A stretch of 63,650 nt of DNA, counting the filler, from Candidatus Woesearchaeota archaeon (lineage in GTDB: Archaea; Nanobdellota; Nanobdellia; Woesearchaeales; B72-G16), in NCBI GenBank assembly GCA_003650545.1. It is 3 parts of 3 records of this genome, joined end to end, with 100 filler letters (N's around TTAATTAATTAA, not from the genome) between each part and the next. Parts side by side here need not be neighbours in the genome. Positions count along the whole stretch, not along the records: positions 25,134 to 50,084 come from QMQO01000020.1; 2 more parts are not named here. One strand, written 5' to 3'. A model generated the notes under the pieces. The model was not told the origin of the DNA. It saw only the letters and a program-made list of their open reading frames with translations, and did no database searches. Position numbers and translations under genes: made by a program. Each line of letters starts with the position of its first letter. The stretch's first letter is position 1. Below are positions 28,524-36,638 of this stretch, piece by piece.

Positions 28524-29882
28524 ATGATAAACCTAACTATTTTTGAATATTCATTACTTGGATTATTCTTCCTTTTACTAATCCTTATTGGATACTTATC
28601 ATCCAAAAAAGAATCAAAAGAAGAATATTTAATAGCAGATAGAAAGTTAGGAGTTTTATCAAGCGTTTCTACTATTGTGGCGAGCAAAGTTGGTGGTGGT
28701 TTATTAGTAACCTGTATGGCTTTAGTTTATCTTTATGGAATCTCTGCAATATGGTTGTTTTTTGGGTTTGCTTTTGGGTATATTATTTTTTATTTTTTTG
28801 CTATTGAATTAAAGAAACTGGCTGACAAAGAAAGATATTACACGCTATCAGATTACTTTTTTAATAGATTTAGTAAATCAACTGGCTTTTTATCAGCTGG
28901 GATTTTGGGCATTAGTTATTTTTTTATTTTTGTAGTTCAACTAATAGCAGGTGCAAAGCTTCTTTCAGTTTTAACTGGTTTTTCATATATTTTTTCATTA
29001 TTAATAATAACATCTATAATATTATTTTATCTAATTTTAGGGGGGTTTAAAGCAGTTGTTAAGACAGATGTTATTCAATACATGGCTATTCTTGTAATTG
29101 TCTTTTTTGTAGCAGTATTTCTTACTTTTAATTTTGGTTTCAAGTTTGATCCTGTTCAATGGGATCTTTTTAAAGCAGGACCTAAAATTATTATACCTTT
29201 TTTCTTAGGGGGATTATTAGTTCCATTAGCTTCTCCAGAATTATGGCGAAGAATTTATGCAACTAAAAACTTAAAAACTGCAAAAAGAAGTATAATATTT
29301 GCAAATATATTTTATGTCTTAACAGGTTTAGTTTTAGTATTTATTGGTTTAATAATTAGACAAAATCTACCAAATATAGATCCAGATTTATCTTTGGTCT
29401 TAGGCTTTTCCAACCTTCTTCCAACTGGTTTTGTTGGATTAGGAGTTATTGCTTTATTTGCAGCTATTATGTCATCAGCAGATACATACATATTTACTGA
29501 TGTATCTATATTTGCTCAAGATTTTTATAGGAGATTAAAGAATCCTAACAAATCCCAAATCTTAAAGTTCATTAGAGTCATGCTTGTTTTTTTAGCTTTA
29601 TCTGGTTTAATCCTTGCATATGCTATACCAAGTTTAGCTGAAATATTTTTCTTATACGCTGGGGTTGTTATGCTTCTTTCAATAATGGTTATAGCAACAA
29701 GGGTAAATAAAAAAGTAAGTTCTTTTAGTTTAATGTTGGGGATGATATTTGGAATTTTAGCGATGGTTATATATGGAATATTTAAAGGCATTAATCCAAC
29801 AATGGCATTCTCCTTAATTATTGGTGGTTTATTCGGCCTATTTTTAGGTGAAGCATGGACAATAACAAGAAGTAGACTTTAA
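28524..29882 (+). CDS. Sodium:solute symporter family protein
   Basis: About 12-13 TMs; EEYLIADRKLG, GGFKAVVKTDVIQ, AAIMSSADT. Confidence 0.9.
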   Translation: MINLTIFEYSLLGLFFLLLILIGYLSSKKESKEEYLIADRKLGVLSSVSTIVASKVGGGLLVTCMALVYLYGISAIWLFFGFAFGYIIFYFFAIELKKLADKERYYTLSDYFFNRFSKSTGFLSAGILGISYFFIFVVQLIAGAKLLSVLTGFSYIFSLLIITSIILFYLILGGFKAVVKTDVIQYMAILVIVFFVAVFLTFNFGFKFDPVQWDLFKAGPKIIIPFFLGGLLVPLASPELWRRIYATKNLKTAKRSIIFANIFYVLTGLVLVFIGLIIRQNLPNIDPDLSLVLGFSNLLPTGFVGLGVIALFAAIMSSADTYIFTDVSIFAQDFYRRLKNPNKSQILKFIRVMLVFLALSGLILAYAIPSLAEIFFLYAGVVMLLSIMVIATRVNKKVSSFSLMLGMIFGILAMVIYGIFKGINPTMAFSLIIGGLFGLFLGEAWTITRSRL

Positions 29883-30053
29883 TCCCCAGCTCAAATTTTC
29901 GGCATTCTATAAATATTCTGTTAATCGCTACGCACAAGTGATTACTAGTTCTCTACCAGAGTTATTTTTTTGTGTTTACTATTCAAAAGGTTGCAACCTC
30001 CTAACCAAAAGCTTTTAAATACCGCTTATTATTTAAATCATGGACAAGGGAAA

Positions 30054-32132
30054 ATGGCACTGAAATACAAAACAACAAGAGATATCAAAATACCTAAAAA
30101 CATAATCGATCAAGTCATCGGACAAGATGATGCAGTTGCAGTTATAAAGAAAGCTGCAAAACAAAGAAGACATGTTCTCTTAATAGGAGAACCGGGTACT
30201 GGTAAAAGTATGCTTGGTCTTGGCCTAGCTGAATTATTGCCAAAGGAAAAGCTTGTTGATGTTCTCTCGTTCTTTAATCCGAATGATGAAAACCAACCTT
30301 TGATAAGGACTGTTGAAGCTGGCAAAGGCCGCAACCTCGTTGCTAAGTCAAAACTACATGCGACAGGTGTTTTTCGTGGCTATAATTTCCTGTTATTCAT
30401 TCTTGTAATTATTGCTATGATTGCACCATGGTGGGGGTTTAACCATTATTCCAATATTCCTGGAGGAAATCTTCAGATTGGCGCTATCATGTTTGTTGCA
30501 TTATTCATGGGTGGCATGATTTTCTTGGCAGCATTCATATTATTCTTGAATCTTGGCAGGAAAGCAGGCATAAAGACAAATGCGCCAAAGTTAATAGTTG
30601 ATAACTTTGACAAAAAGAAAGTACCTTTCTATGATGCAACCGGGGCACATGCTGGAGCACTGTTGGGGGATGTACTTCACGATCCATTTCAGTGTTTCTT
30701 CCGTTCTCAAATGATAACAAAACTAACAGGCGGAAAGTTAATGAATGTAGAAATAAATAAAGAAATTAATGACTTATTCAACAATTCTAAAAATTTAGAA
30801 AAGAAAGATGGATACGAAGCAGTTTTTCTAAACAAGAACGATCTTGTGGTTCTAGGTGAATCACAAGGTTCAGTTTCGCCTGTTGATGTTTTATCAGCAA
30901 ACAGACATGATTACGAAGGCGAAATGATAAAACTGATGACTTCGGAAAACAAAGAACTAATAGTTACACCCAAACACAAAATAGCACTCTGGAAAAATGG
31001 GAAAATCGTTTATACTGAAGCTAGAGACATTAAAAATGGTGACACAGTTGTCTCAAAAGCTGAAGATATCATAATAGATGAAGACGATATAATTAATACA
31101 TTCAATAGAAAACAACAGAAACAATGTAAATTATACTATCAAAATTTAGATTCCCAACAGAAGAACAAAACCAGCAAGCACAAAAGAATTGAAGTGTCTA
31201 TAGACCAAAAAATAAGAAAAGCTCGATGGTGGCATACTAGAAATACACCTGATCCAGTTCAAATGATCAATTGGTTAAAGAAAAGAAAGTTACTACCTCT
31301 AAAAATAGATAACATAAAACTGCATCTTATCGCAAGGGTTTTGGGGGCCATGTTTAGCAATAACGGAGGAGTAACTGAAAATCTAAATGAGATTTTTTTA
31401 TCAGGCTCTGATAAGGGAGCGATAGTGAATTTTAAAAAGGACATCGAAACTATTTTTAATCTAAATAAAGATGAAAAGTCACAGATAATTGAAGATAAAA
31501 ACCATAAAAACCATGAGCATTCATGGTACTATCAAAATACTAATAAGAGTATGATCAGATTTTTTTTAGCTCTTGGTTTGCCAATCAGTAATAAAAAAAA
31601 TACTGTGCTAAATGTTCCGCAGTGGATTAAATCCAAAGGTGAACTAGAAGACGAATTCTATGGGTCTTTTTTAGGAAGAGAATTATCATCATCGCATAAT
31701 ATAGATAAAAATGAATCAGTAGAATTGAAAGTAGAAATACCTTCTGAAAATCGAAAGATGTTTTTATACCAACTTGCAAACTACTTGCAGAGAAAAGGTA
31801 TCGAGAGCAATACCACGTATATAAAAAATATAAAAAGAGTATCTGAAAAAAGGCTGTCTGAAGATTTAGTATGTAGATTACGGATAAGTACTAAATTTGA
31901 TAATGTTATCAAATTTTTAATGAAAATAACTCTATCTTACTGTGACTACAAAACAGAAAGATTATTCTTAGCATTAAGAAAACAGGCAAAAGATAAAAAG
32001 AAAAAATATTATTCCTTAATAAATCAAGGCTATGGGGCAGAAAATGTGATGAGATTATTGAAGTTAACTCCCAATTCACTCTATTTGTTGTTAAACTACT
32101 TAGAAGAAAAAAGTGAGGGAGCTACAACTTGA
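30054..32132 (+). CDS. lonB: LonB protease N-terminal part fused to N-intein with degenerate LAGLIDADG endonuclease
   Basis: DQVIGQD, Walker A GEPGTGKS, two TMs, [17 protein letters not shown] then intein Cys1 at 30693; start moved to ATG 30054. Confidence 0.88.
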   Translation: MALKYKTTRDIKIPKNIIDQVIGQDDAVAVIKKAAKQRRHVLLIGEPGTGKSMLGLGLAELLPKEKLVDVLSFFNPNDENQPLIRTVEAGKGRNLVAKSKLHATGVFRGYNFLLFILVIIAMIAPWWGFNHYSNIPGGNLQIGAIMFVALFMGGMIFLAAFILFLNLGRKAGIKTNAPKLIVDNFDKKKVPFYDATGAHAGALLGDVLHDPFQCFFRSQMITKLTGGKLMNVEINKEINDLFNNSKNLEKKDGYEAVFLNKNDLVVLGESQGSVSPVDVLSANRHDYEGEMIKLMTSENKELIVTPKHKIALWKNGKIVYTEARDIKNGDTVVSKAEDIIIDEDDIINTFNRKQQKQCKLYYQNLDSQQKNKTSKHKRIEVSIDQKIRKARWWHTRNTPDPVQMINWLKKRKLLPLKIDNIKLHLIARVLGAMFSNNGGVTENLNEIFLSGSDKGAIVNFKKDIETIFNLNKDEKSQIIEDKNHKNHEHSWYYQNTNKSMIRFFLALGLPISNKKNTVLNVPQWIKSKGELEDEFYGSFLGRELSSSHNIDKNESVELKVEIPSENRKMFLYQLANYLQRKGIESNTTYIKNIKRVSEKRLSEDLVCRLRISTKFDNVIKFLMKITLSYCDYKTERLFLALRKQAKDKKKKYYSLINQGYGAENVMRLLKLTPNSLYLLLNYLEEKSEGATT

Positions 32133-32245
32133 AACTCACAAAACAAACAATAACTGATGTAAAGAAGATTCATTATAAAGGGAAATTATATAATGTTACA
32201 ACTAGCTCAGGCAATATCATCGTTAATGGTGTTTTATGTTCAAAC
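30693..32245 (+). mobile_element. Intein in lonB, split into a 479-aa N part (30693-32129) and a 39-aa C part (32129-32245)
   Basis: DPFQ/CFF N-junction, block [10 protein letters not shown], block F LYNVTT, C-junction [14 protein letters not shown]; same site as Thermococcales Lon inteins. Confidence 0.85.
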
Positions 32246-33490
32246 TCAGGTGGATTAGGAACACCTGCGCATGAGCGGGTTGTTGCCGGTATGATACACA
32301 AAGCAAATATGGGTGTTCTATTCATTGACGAAATTGCTACACTGCAACCCGCAACTCAGCAGGAACTATTAACAGCGCTGCAAGAAGGCAAATATTCTAT
32401 CACAGGACAGTCCGAACGTTCGGCAGGAGCTATGGTTAGGACAGAACCTGTGCCATGTAACTTCATTCTTGTTGCTGCAGGTAATGTTGAAACAGTGCAA
32501 CGTATGCACCCTGCACTGCGTTCTAGAATTAGAGGGTATGGCTACGAGGTTTTTATGTCTGATACGATGAAGGATACACCGGCTAACAGGGATAAGATTG
32601 TTGTGCTGGTTGCTCAGGAAGTTGCCAAGGATAAGAAAATTCCGCATTTTTCGAAAGAAGCTGTTGGCGGCATAATTGAAGAAGCCAGAAGAAGAGCTAA
32701 CAGAAAAGGTCATCTTACATTAAGGCTGCGTGAGTTAGGTGGTCTTATAAGAGCAGCAGGTGATATTGCTGTTGAGCAAAAAGCAAAGGTTGTAGAACTT
32801 AAGCATATAAAGCAAGCATTAAAGATTGCTCGCACATTAGAGCAACAGATGGCTGACAAATCCATCGAGCGGAAAAAAGAGTACGAGGTCATTGTTACAA
32901 CAGGAAAAATTATTGGTAGAGTTAATGGTCTTGCAGTGATGGGATCTGGTGAAACATTCTCAGGGATCATACTGCCAATTGAATCCGAAGTTGTTCCAGG
33001 TGGTAAAGAACGTGCAATTATTGCAACTGGCAAGCTTGGCGAGATTGCGAAAGAAGCAGTGAAGAATGTTTCAGCCATTATTAAAAAATATTTTGGAATG
33101 GACATCAAAGAAAAGTTTGATATTTATGTACAGTTCTTGCAGACTTATGAAGGCGTGGAGGGTGACTCTGCCAGCATAGCCGTTGCAACATCAATTATTT
33201 CAGCTTTAAAAAAAATACCAGTAAGGCAAGATACAGCAATGACAGGCTCGCTATCTGTAAGAGGAGAGGTCTTGCCGGTTGGTGGTATTAGCTACAAAAT
33301 TGAAGCTGCTATAGACGCAGGCATGAAACGTGTTATAGTGCCAAAATCGAATGTGCAAGATATTGTGATTGAGAAAACCAGATTAGAAAGGATCAAGGTT
33401 ATTCCTGTTACTAATATTTCTGAAGTTTTGAAGGAAGTACTTGATTGGACAGGTAAAAAGGATGTTCTTAAGGTGATTATGAAAAAATAA
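32129..33490 (+). CDS. lonB: C-intein fused to LonB C-terminal part (Walker B, sensor region, protease domain)
   Basis: TTG start overlapping the TGA stop, [27 protein letters not shown], catalytic EGDSAS and KIEAA. Confidence 0.88.
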   Translation: MKLTKQTITDVKKIHYKGKLYNVTTSSGNIIVNGVLCSNSGGLGTPAHERVVAGMIHKANMGVLFIDEIATLQPATQQELLTALQEGKYSITGQSERSAGAMVRTEPVPCNFILVAAGNVETVQRMHPALRSRIRGYGYEVFMSDTMKDTPANRDKIVVLVAQEVAKDKKIPHFSKEAVGGIIEEARRRANRKGHLTLRLRELGGLIRAAGDIAVEQKAKVVELKHIKQALKIARTLEQQMADKSIERKKEYEVIVTTGKIIGRVNGLAVMGSGETFSGIILPIESEVVPGGKERAIIATGKLGEIAKEAVKNVSAIIKKYFGMDIKEKFDIYVQFLQTYEGVEGDSASIAVATSIISALKKIPVRQDTAMTGSLSVRGEVLPVGGISYKIEAAIDAGMKRVIVPKSNVQDIVIEKTRLERIKVIPVTNISEVLKEVLDWTGKKDVLKVIMKK

Positions 33491-33613
33491 AAAATACCAA
33501 ATTTTATATATCAAATTTTATTGATTAATATCAATAATAATCAAAATAAAAGAAAAAAAATTGCACCCTTTTTCGTTTTTTTTTACATTACTACTATTCT
33601 TTATTACTATTCT

Positions 33614-34729
33614 TTATTTCGGGCACATTCTATTCCAAGCAGTTATCGCAGCTCTTCTGTTATCATACTCATTTTTATGTGCAAACAACCACCTATTCTT
33701 CGCTTGCTCACTACAAGGATTGAATGCAGCAGGTTGTTGTACAGCAGATTGCTGATTATAACCACTTAGACCTGATTGTTGGTAGTTTTGTGGTTGAGCA
33801 GCTGGTTGTTGTTGTGGCTTATTTTTTGCATTTAACTCTTTTTTAAGATGGTTGATCTGCCTTGTGTATTCTGCTTTTATATTTTGGATTTTTTGTTCAG
33901 CAGATTGAATATCTGTTTCTGCTTTAGCCAAGTCTGACCAAACACCAGCCATAATTTTTTCCATTTGTGGTCCATAGCTGTTTAGGGCATTCCATTCCCA
34001 GTCATTAAGACCGTCATCAATTATAATCTGTTCCTGACACTGATCCTTAGATATACTTCTCAAGTTACAGTATGACAAAAACCATTCGCCCAATGTCTCT
34101 CTACCAACAGCAGCATTTGTATACTGTACTAGGATTTCTAGTGAAGCCATGCCTGTTTTCAAGTCATTGTACTCTTTCCAGTCTGCTGCAAGTTTGTCGT
34201 AGTCAGATTGTAGGGCTTCTTTGTTTTCAGGATTATTTGCTAATTGTGCTTTAATATCTACATACTCTTCTGCCCTTGAGCTAAGCGTCTGGATTCTATT
34301 TTTTGTGTACTCACAAGACATTCCTGCATTATAGTTAATATTTGTGTTATCTTTACAATGCTCCTTTGCAAACAATAATGTTCTATCGATAGGTTTAAGT
34401 TCCTCGGACTCTTTTGACAAAACATGCATAGCTCGGATACCTTTTGTCGTTGTCCATCTGTGAAACAAATCGCTTTTATAATAAGTATAAGTCAATATAC
34501 CGCCAGCTATAACAAGCGGTGATAGAACAGACGCGACAATCTTTGTTACTTTTTTCCATTTATCAGCCTCTTCGTCAGATATCTCATGAGCATGCTGTGT
34601 GGTCGATTTGCTTTGGCGAAGAGCTATCCCTGCTTCATCTTTCGCTGTAGTAGCTCTAAAATCTTGTTTACCTCCTCCTTGTCCTGCTGTCATACCGACT
34701 GGTGTAACAGTTTCATTTTCATTTTCCAT
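33614..34729 (-). CDS. Hypothetical single-pass membrane protein with coiled coils and Gln-rich C-terminal linker
   Basis: TM IVASVLSPLVIAGGILTYTYY; heptad-rich segments; PQQQPAAQPQ; GGGGG SD; 26 nt downstream of the MinD-like gene. Confidence 0.7.
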   Translation of the reverse strand: MENENETVTPVGMTAGQGGGKQDFRATTAKDEAGIALRQSKSTTQHAHEISDEEADKWKKVTKIVASVLSPLVIAGGILTYTYYKSDLFHRWTTTKGIRAMHVLSKESEELKPIDRTLLFAKEHCKDNTNINYNAGMSCEYTKNRIQTLSSRAEEYVDIKAQLANNPENKEALQSDYDKLAADWKEYNDLKTGMASLEILVQYTNAAVGRETLGEWFLSYCNLRSISKDQCQEQIIIDDGLNDWEWNALNSYGPQMEKIMAGVWSDLAKAETDIQSAEQKIQNIKAEYTRQINHLKKELNAKNKPQQQPAAQPQNYQQSGLSGYNQQSAVQQPAAFNPCSEQAKNRWLFAHKNEYDNRRAAITAWNRMCPK

Positions 34730-34755
34730 TTTGATATACCCCCTAATTCTAGTAA

Positions 34756-36465
34756 TTATTTAACATAATCAGGCACGATCCTTCTTGGTGGAATACCTAA
34801 CCTAGTAGCTCGTGCCACCTCCTCATTCTTAACCCCTGGAAGATAATGTTTGATTAGTTTTCTGTGCTTTGCTCTTGCTTTAGGAACTTCGCGTCTATAT
34901 CTTCTTAGATATTTTCTCAAGTGTCTATGATCTTTGTGTCTTAACCTAGGATCTCTTATAAGTGCAAACTCAACATCCTTTAGGATGTTATTTTCATGCT
35001 CATAAAGTATGCTTGCGTTAGGAGCGTATTGTAGTATGTCTTTAGTCCACATCACATCAAGCAGCCTCTTAAATACAAAGTGTCCAGCATCAACAATGTC
35101 AGTCATACTAGGGCGGATTTTTGCCCACTCTGAACGATAATCAACCTTGTCCCAATAACAACCCCCATAAATTCCTCTTGGGTCTTCATCGTGTAATGAT
35201 ACATCTGGATCTTCAGGTAAACTACCTATGTTATAGAAAGTTACCATATGTTTAGTGCTACATCTTTTATTTAGATCATTAACATAGTTATCTCCTGTGT
35301 CTATGTCTGATTTATTAAATATCAATGCAATCTTGTTATTAAAGCGTTTTCCGAATACATCATTAATCTTACCTGCAAAAAGCCTTTCTATATTTTCCAC
35401 AACAGGACCATACTTTTTGCCCAATTCATCGAAGAGCTCTTTATTCTTTTTCAATTCATCAATTCTTTCAGATATAGAGTGACAGTAATCTGTCTCTAAT
35501 ATTATGTTTTGTATGATTTTACTTTTTTGATCTGAATTGAAGTTGCCTTCAATTAGTATCTCTGCATTATCATACAAGTATGCTATCTGAATTCCAGCAA
35601 TAAAACTATCAAGATCGCTTAAACATGCTGGTGTTGGATTAACAGCATAGACCGGAATATCAGAATTACAAAATCGAACCTTAGCATTTTCGTCTAAGCC
35701 AGCACCAACAGCTTCAAAGATGAAATCAACATCAAGCTCAGCTTCCTGTTCAGTTAGTTTTTTTAAACCTTTTATCAACTCTCTTCTCCGTGAATCGAAT
35801 ATTGGGATGCCAAGATTAAAATTTTTTGGTCCAGGCGCAAAATAGAAGTTTCCTGCATCTACTAAATTTGTAATATTACCCTGTTCATCATATTCCAATG
35901 GTTCTCTTATTCTTATTGTTTGATATATTCCGTCTACAAATGCGCGAAACTCATAAACTGTTTTCCTTCTTTTTATGTGTCTTAAGGTATCCTTAATATG
36001 AACTGGTCTAATTATTTTACCATCTGCGTCAATTATATTTTTTTGATATATAACATCACCAATATGTAAGAATTTATTTGGGTTTTCAAAATCCCTCATG
36101 TTATTGTGAATATCCATATCAGAGAATGAAAGATCACCATCAACCAGAACAACTTTATAGCCACATCTCGCAGCAATACTTGAGAGTATTATTGCTGTTA
36201 TATCTTTACCAGAACCACCTTTTCCTGCAGCTATCATAACTTTTCTTGGTCTCTCGATAATATTTTTAGGTATAACCCTTTTTGTTTTTTCAAAATGTTC
36301 TATATCTGATTTATTTAACTGTATTTTTTTTTCAGGAATATTCCATGGTTTTGTGCGCTTGAAACCTTTTATCCATGTTGGTTCTCCATTTTTCCAACTG
36401 CATCTAACACGATCTTCTAGATATAATTCTTGTCCAATCTTCATTTCTTCAGTATTTGTTGCCAT
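34756..36465 (-). CDS. Atypical MinD/FlhG/ParA-family P-loop protein with insertions
   Basis: AAGKGGSGKD, KVVLVDGD, FIFEAVGAG, VNPTPACLSD, LIFNK, IGSLPEDPDV. Confidence 0.75.
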   Translation of the reverse strand: MATNTEEMKIGQELYLEDRVRCSWKNGEPTWIKGFKRTKPWNIPEKKIQLNKSDIEHFEKTKRVIPKNIIERPRKVMIAAGKGGSGKDITAIILSSIAARCGYKVVLVDGDLSFSDMDIHNNMRDFENPNKFLHIGDVIYQKNIIDADGKIIRPVHIKDTLRHIKRRKTVYEFRAFVDGIYQTIRIREPLEYDEQGNITNLVDAGNFYFAPGPKNFNLGIPIFDSRRRELIKGLKKLTEQEAELDVDFIFEAVGAGLDENAKVRFCNSDIPVYAVNPTPACLSDLDSFIAGIQIAYLYDNAEILIEGNFNSDQKSKIIQNIILETDYCHSISERIDELKKNKELFDELGKKYGPVVENIERLFAGKINDVFGKRFNNKIALIFNKSDIDTGDNYVNDLNKRCSTKHMVTFYNIGSLPEDPDVSLHDEDPRGIYGGCYWDKVDYRSEWAKIRPSMTDIVDAGHFVFKRLLDVMWTKDILQYAPNASILYEHENNILKDVEFALIRDPRLRHKDHRHLRKYLRRYRREVPKARAKHRKLIKHYLPGVKNEEVARATRLGIPPRRIVPDYVK

Positions 36466-36529
36466 TTTCCCCCAGATAATTATTATAGATTCCTTATAAA
36501 TCCCCCCTCTTTACGATTAGGAAGTGGTG

Positions 36530-36597
36530 AATATTTATAAATGTTTCGTTTTCTGCTTTCTGCTACTTCCCAGATGTGATTCGAAAGATTTAAATAG
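36530..36597. promoter_or_regulatory. Divergent archaeal promoters for the two MinD/ParA-like genes
   Basis: Minus strand CGAAACATTTATAAAT (about 36532-36547); plus strand CGAAAGATTTAAATA (36582-36596); both genes have GGGGG SD motifs. Confidence 0.65.
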
Positions 36598-36638
36598 ACT
36601 TTTATTTATCAACTTTATAGTAGCAAATAAATGGGGGA

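Noticed and set aside
32106..32116. GAAAAAAG as a programmed -1 frameshift site joining the lonB halves
   Set aside because: The A-AAA-AAG heptamer is out of phase with ORF1, and a -1 shift there meets TGA at 32114 immediately.
29970..33490. lonB as a pseudogene
   Set aside because: Both halves are intact with all catalytic motifs, and the single break falls at the typical split-intein position with an SD and overlapping start.
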